Below, piece by piece: positions 42,501 through 57,500 of a stretch of 64,000 bases of DNA. Positions within the stretch are counted from its first letter, which is position 1, and each line of letters begins with the position of its first letter. The notes beneath the pieces were generated by a model. It was not told where the DNA came from. It ran no database searches and saw nothing but the letters and a program-made list of their open reading frames with translations. The translations under genes and the position numbers were made by a program. Source of the DNA: Eledone cirrhosa (Eukaryota); contig OZ024742.1 in the NCBI GenBank assembly GCA_964016885.1, forward strand, positions 129,766,001 through 129,830,000. The letters run 5' to 3'.

Positions 42501-45500
42501 AGACAAAATAGATATAAATTACAAAGGTACCTGTGTGCTAAGGAGACAAACTAGATATAAATTACAAAGGTACCTGTGTGTTAAAGAGACAAATTAGATA
42601 TAAATTACAAAGGTACCTGTGTGCTAAGGTGACAAACTAGATATAAATTACAAAGGTACCTGTGTGCTAAGGAGACAAACTAGATATAAATTACAAAGGT
42701 ACCTGTGTGCTAAGGAGACAAACTAGATATAAATTACAAAGGTACCTGTGTGCTAAGTTGACAAACTAGATATAAATTACAAAGGTACCTGTGTGTTAAG
42801 GAGACAAACTAGATATAAATTACAAAGGTACCTGTGTGCTAAGGTGACAAACTAGATATAAATTACAAAGGTACCTGTGTGCTAAGGAGGCAAATTAATA
42901 GATATATATTACAAAGGTACCTGTGTGCTAAGGAGACAAACTAGGTATAAATTACAAAGGTACCTGTGTGCTAAGGAGGCAAATTACTAGATATAAATTA
43001 CAAAGGTACCTGTGTGCTAAGGAGACAAACTAGATATAAATTACAAAAGTACCTGTGTGCTAAGGAGAAAAACTAGATATAAATTACAAAGGTACCTGTG
43101 TGCTAAGGAGACAAACTAGATATAAATTACAAAGGTACCTGTGTGCTAAGGAGACAAACTAGATATAAATTACAAAGGTACCTGTGTGCTAAGGAGACAA
43201 ACTAGATATAAATTACAAAGGTACCTGTGTGCTAAGGAGACAAACTAGATATAAATTACAAAGGTACCTGTGTGCTAAGGAGACAAAATAGATATAAATT
43301 ACAAAGGTACCTGTGTGCTAAGGAGACAAACTAGATATAAATTACAAAGGTACCTGTGTGCTAAGGAGACAAACTAGATATAAATTACAAAGGTACCTGT
43401 GTGCTAAGGAGACAAAATAGATATAAATTACAAAGGTACCTGTGTGCTAAGGAGACAAACTAGATATAAATTACAAAGGTACCTGTGTGCTAAGGAGACA
43501 AACTAGATATAAATTACAAAGGTACCTGTGTGCTAAGGAGACAAAATAGATATAAATTACAAAGGTACCTGTGTGCTAAGGTGACAAACTAGATATAAAT
43601 TACAAAGGTACCTGTGTGCTAAGGAGACAAACTAGATATAAATTACAAAGGTACTCGTGTGCTAAGGTGACAAACTAGATATAAATTACAAAGGTACCTG
43701 TGTGCTAAGGAGACAAACTAGACATAAATTACAAAGGTACCTGTGTGCTAAGGAGACAAACTAGATATAAATTACAAAGGTACCTGTGTGCTAAGGAGAC
43801 AAACTAGATATAAATTACAAAGTACCTGTGTGCTAAGGAGACAAACTAGATATAAATTACAAAGGTACCTGTGTGCTAAGGTGACAAACTAGATATAAAT
43901 TACAAAGGTACCTGTGTGCTAAGGTGACAAACTAGATATAAATTACAAAGGTACCTGTGTGCTAAGGTGACAAACTAGATATAAATTACAAAGGTACCTG
44001 TGTGCTAAGGAGACAAACTAGATATAAATTACAAAGGTACCTGTGTGCTAAGGTGACAAACTAGATATAAATTACAAAGGTACCTGTGTGCTAAGGTGAC
44101 AAACTAGATATAAATTACAAAGGTACCTGTGTGCTAAGGTGACAAACTAGATATAAATTACAAAGGTACCTGTGTGCTAAGGAGACAAACTAGATATAAA
44201 TTACAAAGTTACCTGTGTGCTAAGGAGACAAACTAGATATAAATTACAAAGGTACCTGTGTGCTAAGGAGACAAACTAGATATAAATTACAAAGGTACCT
44301 GTGTGCTAAGGAGACAAATTCCTAGATATATATTACAAAGGTATCTGTGTGCTAAGGAGACAAACTAGATATAAATTACAAAGGTACTTGTGTGCTAAGG
44401 TGACAAACTAGATATAAATTACAAAGGTACCTGTGTGCTAAGGAGACAAACTAGATATAAATTACAAAGGTACCTGTGTGCTAAGGAGACAAACTAGATA
44501 TAAATTACAAAGGTACCTGTGTGCTAAGGTGACAAACTAGATATAAATTACAAAGGTACCTGTGTGCTAAGGTGACAAACTAGATATAAATTACAAAGGT
44601 ACCTGTGTGCTAAGGAGACAAACTAGATATAAATTACAAAGGTACCTGTGTGCTAAGGAGACAAACTAGATATAAATTACAAAGTACCTGTGTGCTAAGG
44701 AGACAAACTAGATATAAATTACAAAGGAACCTGTGTGCTAAGGAGACAAACTAGATATAAATTACAAAGGTACCTGTGTGCTAAGGAGACAAACTAGATA
44801 TAAATTACAAAGGTACCTGTGTGCTAAGGAGACAAACTAGATATAAATTACAAAGTACCTGTGTGCTAAGGAGAGAAACTAGATATAAATTACAAAGTAC
44901 CTGTGTGCTAAGGAGACAAACTAGATATAAATTACAAAGTACCTGTGTGCTAAGGAGACAAATTAGATATAAATTACAAAGGTACTTGTGTGCTAAGGTG
45001 ACAAACTAGATATAAATTACAAAGGTACCTGTGTGCTAAGGAGACAAACTAGATATAAATTACAAAGGTACCTGTGTGCTAAGGTGACAAACTAGATATA
45101 AATTACAAAGGTACCTGTGTGCTATGGAGACAAACTAGATATAAATTACAAAGGTACCTGTGTGCTAAGGTGACAAAATAGATATAAATTACAAAGGTAC
45201 CTGTGTGCTAAGGAGACAAACTAGATATAAATTACAAAGGTACCTGTGTGCTAAGGAGACAAACTAGATATAAATTACAAAGGTACCTGTGTGCTAAGGA
45301 GACAAACTAGATATAAATTACAAAGGTACCTATGTGCTAAGGAGACAAACTAGATATAAATTACAAAGGTACCTGTGTGCTAAGGAGACAAACTAGATAT
45401 AAATTACAAAGGTACCTCTGTGCTAAGGAGACAAACTAGATATAAATTACAAAGGTACCTGTGTGCTAAGGAGACAAACTAGATATAAATTACAAAGGTA

Positions 45501-48500
45501 CCTGTGTGCTAAGGAGACAAACTAGATATAAATTACAAAGGTACCTGTGTGCTAAGGAGACAAACTAGATATAAATTACAAAGGTACCTGTGTGCTAAGG
45601 AGACAAAATAGATATAAATTACAAAGGTACCTGTGTGCTAAGGAGACAAACTAGATATAAATTACAAAGGTACCTGTGTGCTAAGGAGACAAACTAGATA
45701 TAAATTACAAAGGTACCTGTGTGCTAAGGAGACAAACTAGATATAAATTACAAAGGTACCTGTGTGCTAAGGAGACAAACTAGATATAAATTACAAAGGT
45801 ACCTGTGTGCTAAGGAGACAAACTAGATATAAATTACAAAGGTACCTGTGTGCTAAGGAGACAAAATAGATATAAATTACAAAGGTACCTGTGTGCTAAG
45901 GAGACAAACTAGATATAAATTACAAAGGTACCTGTGTGCTAAGGAGACAAACTAGATATAAATTACAAAGGTACCTGTGTGCTAAGGAGACAAAATAGAT
46001 ATAAATTACAAAGGTACCTGTGTGCTAAGGAGACAAACTAGATATAAATTACAAAGGTACCTGTGTGTTAAAGAGACAAATTAGATATAAATTACAAAGG
46101 TACCTGTGTGCTAAGGTGACAAACTAGATATAAATTACAAAGGTACCTGTGTGCTAAGGAGACAAACTAGATATAAATTACAAAGGTACCTGTGTGCTAA
46201 GGAGACAAACTAGATATAAATTACAAAGGTACCTGTGTGCTAAGTTGACAAACTAGATATAAATTACAAAGGTACCTGTGTGTTAAGGAGACAAACTAGA
46301 TATAAATTACAAAGGTACCTGTGTGCTAAGGTGACAAACTAGATATAAATTACAAAGGTACCTGTGTGCTAAGGAGGCAAATTACTAGATATATATTACA
46401 AAGGTACCTGTGTGCTAAGGAGACAAACTAGGTATAAATTACAAAGGTACCTGTGTGCTAAGGAGGCAAATTACTAGATATAAATTACAAAGGTACCTGT
46501 GTGCTAAGGAGACAAACTAGATATAAATTACAAAGGTACCTGTGTGCTAAGGAGACAAACTAGATATAAATTACAAAGGTACCTGTGTGCTAAGGAGACA
46601 AACTAGATATAAATTACAAAGGTACCTGTGTGCTAAGGAGACAAAATAGATATAAATTACAAAGGTACCTGTGTGCTAAGGAGACAAACTAGATATAAAT
46701 TACAAAGGTACCTGTGTGCTAAGGAGACAAACTAGATATAAATTACAAAGGTACCTGTGTGCTAAGGAGACAAAATAGATATAAATTACAAAGGTACCTG
46801 TGTGCTAAGGAGACAAACTAGATATAAATTACAAAGGTACCTGTGTGCTAAGGAGACAAACTAGATATAAATTACAAAGGTACATGTGTGCTAAGGAGAC
46901 AAAATAGATATAAATTACAAAGGTACCTGTGTGCTAAGGAGACAAACTAGATATAAATTACAAAGGTACCTGTGTGTTAAAGAGACAAATTAGATATAAA
47001 TTACAAAGGTACCTGTGTGCTAAGGTGACAAACTAGATATAAATTACAAAGGTACCTGTGTGCTAAGGAGACAAACTAGATATAAATTACAAAGGTACCT
47101 GTGTGCTAAGGAGACAAACTAGATATAAATTACAAAGGTACCTGTGTGCTAAGGAGACAAACTAGATATAAATTACAAAGATACCTGTGTGCTAAGTTGA
47201 CAAACTAGATATAAATTACAAAGGTACCTGTGTGCTAAGGAGACAAACTAGATATAAACTACAAAGGTTCCCGTGTGCTAAGGTGACAAACTAGATATAA
47301 ATTACAAAGGTACCTGTGTGCTAAGGAGACAAACTAGATATAAATTACAAAGGTACCTGTGTGCTAAGGAGACAAACTAGATATAAATTACAAAGGTACC
47401 TGTGTGTTAAGGAGACAAACTAGATATAAATTACAAAGGTACCTGTGTGCTAAGGTGACAAACTAGATATAAATTACAAAGGTACCTGTGTGCTAAGGAG
47501 GCAAATTACTAGATATAAATTACAAAGGTACCTGTGTGCTAAGGAGACAAACTAGATATAAATTACAAAAGTACCTGTGTGCTAAGGAGACAAAATAGAT
47601 ATAAATTACAAAGATACCTGTGTGCTAAGGTGACAAACTAGATATAACTTACAAAGGTACCTGTGTGCTAAGGTGACAAACTAGATATAAATTACAAAGG
47701 TACCTGTGTGCTAAGGAGACAAACTAGATATAAATTACAAAGGTACCTGTGTGCTAAGGTGACAAACTAGATATAAATTACAAAGGTACCTGTGTGCTAA
47801 GGAGACAAATTAGATATAAATTAGAAAGGTACCTGTGTGCTAAGGAGACAAACTAGATATAAATTACAAAGGTACCTGTGTGCTAAAGAGACAAATTACT
47901 AGATATAAATTACAAAGGTACCTGTGTGCTAAGGTGACAAACTAGATATAAATTACAAAGGTACCTGTGTGCTAAGGAGACAAACTAGATATAAATTACA
48001 AAGGTTCCCGTGTGCTAAGGTGACAAACTAGATATAAATTACAAAGGTACCTGTGTGCTAAGGAGACAAACTAGATATAAATTACAAAGGTACCTGTGTG
48101 CTAAGGAGACAAACTAGGTATAAATTACAAAGGTACCTGTGTGTTAAGGAGACAAACTAGATATAAATTACAAAGGTACCTGTGTGCTAAGGTGACAAAC
48201 TAGATATAAATTACAAAGGTACCTGTGTGCTAAGGAGGCAAATTACTAGATATATATTACAAAGGTACCTGTGTGCTAAGGAGACAAACTAGGTATAAAT
48301 TACAAAGGTACCTGTGTGCTAAGGAGGCAAATTACTAGATATAAATTACAAAGGTACCTGTGTGCTAAGGAGACAAACTAGATATAAATTACAAAAGTAC
48401 CTGTGTGCTAAGGAGACAAACTAGATATAAATTACAAAGGTACCTGTGTGCTAAGGAGACAAAATAGATATAAATTACAAAGGTACCTGTGTGCTAAGGA

Positions 48501-51500
48501 GACAAACTAGATATAAATTACAAAGGTACCTGTGTGCTAAGGAGACAAACTAGATATAAATTACAAAGGTACCTGTGTGCTAAGGAGACAAAATAGATAT
48601 AAATTACAAAGGTACCTGTGTGCTAAGGAGACAAACTAGATATAAATTACAAAGGTACCTGTGTGCTAAGGAGACAAACTAGATATAAATTACAAAGGTA
48701 CCTGTGTGCTAAGGAGACAAAATAGATATAAATTACAAAGGTACCTGTGTGCTAAGGAGACAAACTAGATATAAATTACAAAGGTACCTGTGTGTTAAAG
48801 AGACAAATTAGATATAAATTACAAAGGTACCTGTGTGCTAAGGTGACAAACTAGATATAAATTACAAAGGTACCTGTGTGCTAAGGAGACAAACTAGATA
48901 TAAATTACAAAGGTACCTGTGTGCTAAGGAGACAAACTAGATATAAATTACAAAGGTACCTGTGTGCTAAGGAGACAAACTAGATATAAATTACAAAGAT
49001 ACCTGTGTGCTAAGTTGACAAACTAGATATAAATTACAAAGGTACCTGTGTGCTAAGTTGACAAACTAGATATAAATTACAAAGGTACCTGTGTGTTAAG
49101 GAGACAAACTAGATATAAATTACAAAGGTACCTGTGTGCTAAGGTGACAAACTAGATATAAATTACAAAGGTACCTGTGTGCTAAGGAGGCAAATTACTA
49201 GATATATATTACAAAGGTACCTGTGTGCTAAGGAGACAAACTAGGTATAAATTACAAAGGTACCTGTGTGCTAAGGAGGCAAATTACTAGATATAAATTA
49301 CAAAGGTACCTGTGTGCTAAGGAGACAAACTAGATATAAATTACAAAGGTACCTGTGTGCTAAGGAGACAAACTAGATATAAATTACAAAGGTACCTGTG
49401 TGCTAAGGAGACAAACTAGATATAAATTACAAAGGTACCTGTGTGCTAAGGAGACAAAATAGATATAAATTACAAAGGTACCTGTGTGCTAAGGAGACAA
49501 ACTAGATATAAATTACAAAGGTACCTGTGTGCTAAGGAGACAAACTAGATATAAATTACAAAGGTACCTGTGTGCTAAGGAGACAAAATAGATATAAATT
49601 ACAAAGGTACCTGTGTGCTAAGGAGACAAACTAGATATAAATTACAAAGGTACCTGTGTGCTAAGGAGACAAACTAGATATAAATTACAAAGGTACATGT
49701 GTGCTAAGGAGACAAAATAGATATAAATTACAAAGGTACCTGTGTGCTAAGGAGACAAACTAGATATAAATTACAAAGGTACCTGTGTGTTAAAGAGACA
49801 AATTAGATATAAATTACAAAGGTACCTGTGTGCTAAGGTGACAAACTAGATATAAATTACAAAGGTACCTGTGTGCTAAGGAGACAAACTAGATATAAAT
49901 TACAAAGGTACCTGTGTGCTAAGGAGACAAACTAGATATAAATTACAAAGGTACCTGTGTGCTAAGGAGACAAACTAGATATAAATTACAAAGATACCTG
50001 TGTGCTAAGTTGACAAACTAGATATAAATTACAAAGGTACCTGTGTGCTAAGGAGACAAACTAGATATAAACTACAAAGGTTCCCGTGTGCTAAGGTGAC
50101 AAACTAGATATAAATTACAAAGGTACCTGTGTGCTAAGGAGACAAACTAGATATAAATTACAAAGGTACCTGTGTGCTAAGGAGACAAACTAGATATAAA
50201 TTACAAAGGTACCTGTGTGTTAAGGAGACAAACTAGATATAAATTACAAAGGTACCTGTGTGCTAAGGTGACAAACTAGATATAAATTACAAAGGTACCT
50301 GTGTGCTAAGGAGGCAAATTACTAGATATAAATTACAAAGGTACCTGTGTGCTAAGGAGACAAACTAGATATAAATTACAAAAGTACCTGTGTGCTAAGG
50401 AGACAAAATAGATATAAATTACAAAGATACCTGTGTGCTAAGGTGACAAACTAGATATAACTTACAAAGGTACCTGTGTGCTAAGGTGACAAACTAGATA
50501 TAAATTACAAAGGTACCTGTGTGCTAAGGAGACAAACTAGATATAAATTACAAAGGTACCTGTGTGCTAAGGTGACAAACTAGATATAAATTACAAAGGT
50601 ACCTGTGTGCTAAGGAGACAAATTAGATATAAATTAGAAAGGTACCTGTGTGCTAAGGAGACAAACTAGATATAAATTACAAAGGTACCTGTGTGCTAAA
50701 GAGACAAATTACTAGATATAAATTACAAAGGTACCTGTGTGCTAAGGTGACAAACTAGATATAAATTACAAAGGTACCTGTGTGCTAAGGAGACAAACTA
50801 GATATAAATTACAAAGGTTCCCGTGTGCTAAGGTGACAAACTAGATATAAATTACAAAGGTACCTGTGTGCTAAGGAGACAAACTAGATATAAATTACAA
50901 AGGTACCTGTGTGCTAAGGAGACAAACTAGATATAAATTACAAAGGTACCTGTGTGTTAAGGAGACAAACTAGATATAAATTACAAAGGTACCTGTGTGC
51001 TAAGGTGACAAACTAGATATAAATTACAAAGGTACCTGTGTGCTAAGGAGGCAAATTACTAGATATATATTACAAAGGTACCTGTGTGCTAAGGAGACAA
51101 ACTAGGTATAAATTACAAAGGTACCTGTGTGCTAAGGAGGCAAATTACTAGATATAAATTACAAAGGTACCTGTGTGCTAAGGAGACAAACTAGATATAA
51201 ATTACAAAAGTACCTGTGTGCTAAGGAGACAAACTAGATATAAATTACAAAGGTACCTGTGTGCTAAGGAGACAAAATAGATATAAATTACAAAGGTACC
51301 TGTGTGCTAAGGAGACAAACTAGATATAAATTACAAAGGTACCTGTGTGCTAAGGAGACAAACTAGATATAAATTACAAAGGTACCTGTGTGCTAAGGAG
51401 ACAAAATAGATATAAATTACAAAGGTACCTGTGTGCTAAGGAGACAAACTAGATATAAATTACAAAGGTACCTGTGTGCTAAGGAGACAAACTAGATATA

Positions 51501-54500
51501 AATTACAAAGGTACCTGTGTGCTAAGGAGACAAAATAGATATAAATTACAAAGGTACCTGTGTGCTAAGGAGACAAACTAGATATAAATTACAAAGGTAC
51601 CTGTGTGTTAAAGAGACAAATTAGATATAAATTACAAAGGTACCTGTGTGCTAAGGTGACAAACTAGATATAAATTACAAAGGTACCTGTGTGCTAAGGA
51701 GACAAACTAGATATAAATTACAAAGGTACCTGTGTGCTAAGGAGACAAACTAGATATAAATTACAAAGGTACCTGTGTGCTAAGGAGACAAACTAGATAT
51801 AAATTACAAAGGTACCTGTGTGCTAAGGTGACAAACTAGATATAAATTACAAAGGTACCTGTGTGCTAAGGAGGCAAATTACTAGATATATATTACAAAG
51901 GTACCTGTGTGCTAAGGAGACAAACTAGATATAAATTACAAAGGTACCTGTGTGCTAAGGAGGCAAATTACTAGATATAAATTACAAAGGTACCTGTGTG
52001 CTAAGGAGACAAACTAGATATAAATTACAAAAGTACCTGTGTGCTAAGGAGACAAAATAGATATAAATTACAAAGATACCTGTGTGCTAAGGTGACAAAC
52101 TAGATATAACTTACAAAGGTACCTGTGTGCTAAGGTGACAAACTAGATATAAATTACAAAGGTACCTGTGTGCTAAGGAGACAAACTAGATATAAATTAC
52201 AAAGGTACCTGTGTGCTAAGGTGACAAACTAGATATAAATTACAAAGGTACCTGTGTGCTAAGGAGACAAATTAGATATAAATTAGAAAGGTACCTGTGT
52301 GCTAAGGAGACAAACTAGATATAAATTACAAAGGTACCTGTGTGCTAAAGAGACAAATTACTAGATATAAATTACAAAGGTACCTGTGTGCTAAGGTGAC
52401 AAACTAGATATAAATTACAAAGGTACCTGTGTGCTAAGGAGACAAACTAGATATAAATTACAAAGGTTCCCGTGTGCTAAGGTGACAAACTAGATATAAA
52501 TTACAAAGGTACCTGTGTCCTAAGGAGACAAACTAGATATAAATTACAAAGGTACCTGTGTGTTAAGGAGACAAACTAGATATAAATTACAAAGGTACCT
52601 GTGTGCTAAGGTGACAAACTAGATATAAATTACAAAGGTACCTGTGTGCTAAGGAGGCAAATTACTAGATATATATTACAAAGGTACCTGTGTGCTAAGG
52701 AGACAAACTAGGTATAAATTACAAAGGTACCTGTGTGCTAAGGAGGCAAATTACTAGATATAAATTACAAAGGTACCTGTGTGCTAAGGAGACAAACTAG
52801 ATATAAATTACAAAAGTACCTGTGTGCTAAGGAGACAAACTAGATATAAATTACAAAGGTACCTGTGTGCTAAGGAGACAAACTAGATATAAATTACAAA
52901 GGTACCTGTGTGCTAAGGAGACAAACTAGATATAAATTACAAAGGTACCTGTGTGCTAAGGAGACAAACTAGATATAAATTACAAAGGTACCTGTGTGCT
53001 AAGGAGACAAACTAGATATAAATTACAAAGGTACCTGTGTGCTAAGGAGACAAAATAGATATAAATTACAAAGGTACCTGTGTGCTAAGGAGACAAACTA
53101 GATATAAATTACAAAGGTACCTGTGTGCTAAGGAGACAAACTAGATATAAATTACAAAGGTACCTGTGTGCTAAAGAGACAAAATAGATATAAATTACAA
53201 AGGTACCTGTGTGCTAAGGAGACAAACTAGATATAAATTACAAGGGTACCTGTGTGCTAAGGAGACAAACTAGATATAAATTACAAAGGTACCTGTGTGC
53301 TAAGGAGACAAAATAGATATAAATTACAAAGGTACCTGTGTGCTAAGGAGACAAACTAGATATAAATTACAAAGGTACCTGTGTGTTAAAGAGACAAATT
53401 AGATATAAATTACAAAGGTACCTGTGTGCTAAGGTGACAAACTAGATATAAATTACAAAGGTACCTGTGTGCTAAGGAGACAAACTAGATATAAATTACA
53501 AAGGTACCTGTGTGCTAAGGAGACAAACTAGATATAAATTACAAAGGTACCTGTGTGCTAAGGAGACAAACTAGATATAAATTACAAAGGTACCTGTGTG
53601 CTAAGTTGACAAACTAGATATAAATTACAAAGGTACCTGTGTGCTAAGGAGACAAACTAGATATAAACTACAAAGGTTCCCGTGTGCTAAGGTGACAAAC
53701 TAGATATAAATTACAAAGGTACCTGTGTGCTAAGGAGACAAACTAGATATAAATTACAAAGGTACCTGTGTGCTAAGGAGACAAACTAGATATAAATTAC
53801 AAAGGTACCTGTGTGTTAAGGAGACAAACTAGATATAAATTACAAAGGTACCTGTGTGCTAATGTGACAAACTAGATATAAATTACAAAGGTACCTGTGT
53901 GCTAAGGAGGCAAATTACTAGATATATATTACAAAGGTACCTGTGTGCTAAGGAGGCAAATTACTAGATATAAATTACAAAGGTACCTGTGTGCTAAGGA
54001 GACAAACTAGATATAAATTACAAAAGTACCTGTGTGCTAAGGAGACAAAATTGATATAAATTACAAAGGTACCTGTGTGCTAAGGTGACAAACTAGATAT
54101 AAATTACAAAGGTACCTGTGTGCTAAGGTGACAAACTAGATATAAATTACAAAGGTACCTGTGTGCTAAGGAGACAAACTAGATATAAATTACAAAGGTA
54201 CCTGTGTGCTAAGGTGACAAACTAGATATAAATTACAAAGGTACCTGTGTGCTAAGGAGACAAATTAGATATAAATTAGAAAGGTACCTGTGTGCTAAGG
54301 AGACAAACTAGATATAAATTACAAAGGTACCTGTGTGCTAAAGAGACAAATTACTAGATATAAATTACAAAGGTACCTGTGTGCTAAGGTGACAAACTAG
54401 ATATAAATTACAAAGGTACCTGTGTGCTAAGGAGACAAACTAGATATAAATTACAAAGGTTCCCGTGTGCTAAGTTGACAAACTAGATATAAATTACAAA

Positions 54501-57500
54501 GGTACCTGTGTGCTAAGGAGACAAACTAGATATAAATTACAAAAGTACCTGTGTGCTAATGAGACAAACTAGATATAAATTACAAAGGTACCTGTGTGTT
54601 AAGGAGACAAACTAGATATAAATTACAAAGGTACCTGTGTGCTAAGGTGACAAACTAGATATAAATTACAAAGGTACCTGTGTGCTAAGGAAACAAATTA
54701 CTAGATATATATTACAAAGGTACCTGTGTGCTAAGGAGACAAACTAGATATAAATTACAAAGGTACCTGTGTGCTAAGGAGGCAAATTACTAGATATAAA
54801 TTACAAAGGTACCTGTGTGCTAAGGAGACAAACTAGATATAAATTACAAAAGTACCTGTGTGCTAAGGAGACAAAATAGATATAAATTACAAAGGTACCT
54901 GTGTGCTAAGGTGACAAACTAGATATAAATTACAAAGGTACCTGTGTGCTGTGGTCACAAACTAGATATAAATTACAAAGGTACCTGTGTGCTAAGGAGA
55001 CAAACTAGATATAAATTGCAAAGGTACCTGTGTGCTAAGGGGACAAATTAGATATAAATTACAAAGGTACCTGTGTGCTAAGGGGACAAAATAGATATAA
55101 ATTACAAAGGTACCTGTGTGCTAAGGAGACAAACTAGATATAAATTACAAAGGTACCTGTGTGCTAAGTTGACAAACTAGATATAAATTACAAAGGTACC
55201 TGTGTGCTAAGGAGACAAACTAGATATAAACTACAAAGGTTCCCGTGTGCTAAGGTGACAAACTAGATATAAATTACAAAGGTACCTGTGTGCTAAGGAG
55301 ACAAACTAGATATAAATTACAAAGGTACCTGTGTGCTAAGGAGACAAACTAGATATAAATTACAAAGGTACCTGTGTGTTAAGGAGACAAACTAGATATA
55401 AATTACAAAGGTACCTGTGTGCTAATGTGACAAACTAGATATAAATTACAAAGGTACCTGTGTGCTAAGGAGGCAAATTACTAGATATATATTACAAAGG
55501 TACCTGTGTGCTAAGGAGGCAAATTACTAGATATAAATTACAAAGGTACCTGTGTGCTAAGGAGACAAACTAGATATAAATTACAAAAGTACCTGTGTGC
55601 TAAGGAGACAAAATAGATATAAATTACAAAGGTACCTGTGTGCTAAGGTGACAAACTAGATATAAATTACAAAGGTACCTGTGTGCTAAGGTGACAAACT
55701 AGATATAAATTACAAAGGTACCTGTGTGCTAAGGAGACAAACTAGATATAAATTACAAAGGTACCTGTGTGCTAAGGTGACAAACTAGATATAAATTACA
55801 AAGGTACCTGTGTGCTAAGGAGACAAATTAGATATAAATTAGAAAGGTACCTGTGTGCTAAGGAGACAAACTAGATATAAATTACAAAGGTACCTGTGTG
55901 CTAAAGAGACAAATTACTAGATATAAATTACAAAGGTACCTGTGTGCTAAGGTGACAAACTAGATATAAATTACAAAGGTACCTGTGTGCTAAGGAGACA
56001 AACTAGATATAAATTACAAAGGTTCCCGTGTGCTAAGTTGACAAACTAGATATAAATTACAAAGGTACCTGTGTGCTAAGGAGACAAACTAGATATAAAT
56101 TACAAAAGTACCTGTGTGCTAATGAGACAAACTAGATATAAATTACAAAGGTACCTGTGTGTTAAGGAGACAAACTAGATATAAATTACAAAGGTACCTG
56201 TGTGCTAAGGTGACAAACTAGATATAAATTACAAAGGTACCTGTGTGCTAAGGAAACAAATTACTAGATATATATTACAAAGGTACCTGTGTGCTAAGGA
56301 GACAAACTAGATATAAATTACAAAGGTACCTGTGTGCTAAGGAGGCAAATTACTAGATATAAATTACAAAGGTACCTGTGTGCTAAGGAGACAAACTAGA
56401 TATAAATTACAAAAGTACCTGTGTGCTAAGGAGACAAAATAGATATAAATTACAAAGGTACCTGTGTGCTAAGGTGACAAACTAGATATAAATTACAAAG
56501 GTACCTGTGTGCTGTGGTCACAAACTAGATATAAATTACAAAGGTACCTGTGTGCTAAGGAGACAAACTAGATATAAATTGCAAAGGTACCTGTGTGCTA
56601 AGGGGACAAATTAGATATAAATTACAAAGGTACCTGTGTGCTAAGGGGACAAAATAGATATAAATTACAAAGGTACCTGTGTGCTAAGGAGACAAACTAG
56701 ATATAAATTACAAAGGTACCTGTGTGCTAAGTTGACAAACTAGATATAAATTACAAAGGTACCTGTGTGCTAAGGAGACAAACTAGATATAAACTACAAA
56801 GGTTCCCGTGTGCTAAGGTGACAAACTAGATATAAATTACAAAGGTACCTGTGTGCTAAGGAGACAAACTAGATATAAATTACAAAGGTACCTGTGTGCT
56901 AAGGAGACAAACTAGATATAAATTACAAAGGTACCTGTGTGTTAAGGAGACAAACTAGATATAAATTACAAAGGTACCTGTGTGCTAAGGTGACAAACTA
57001 GATATAAATTACAAAGGTACCTGTGTGCTAAGGAGGCAAATTACTAGATATATATTACAAAGGTACCTGTGTGCTAAGGAGACAAACTAGATATAAATTA
57101 CAAAGGTACCTGTGTGCTAAGGAGGCAAATTACTAGATATAAATTACAAAGGTACCTGTGTGCTAAGGAGACAAACTAGATATAAATTACAAAAGTACCT
57201 GTGTGCTAAGGAGACAAAATAGATATAAATTACAAAGGTACCTGTGTGCTAAGGTGACAAACTAGATATAAATTACAAAGGTACCTGTGTGCTAAGGTGA
57301 CAAACTAGATATAAATTACAAAGGTACCTGTGTGCTAAGGAGACAAACTAGATATAAATTACAAAGGTACCTGTGTGCTAAGGTGACAAACTAGCTATAA
57401 ATTACAATGGTACCTGTGTGCTAAGGAGACAAATTAGATATAAATTAGAAAGGTACCTGTGTGCTAAGGAGACAAACTAGATATAAATTACAAAGGTACC

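Noticed and set aside
40333-45009. Two identical 62-aa ORFs (LRRQTRYKLQSTCV repeats) in the satellite
   Set aside because: They arise from short runs of the 42-bp deletion variant and are duplicated by the 4488-bp block. Normal 43-bp monomers shift frame and hit stops.
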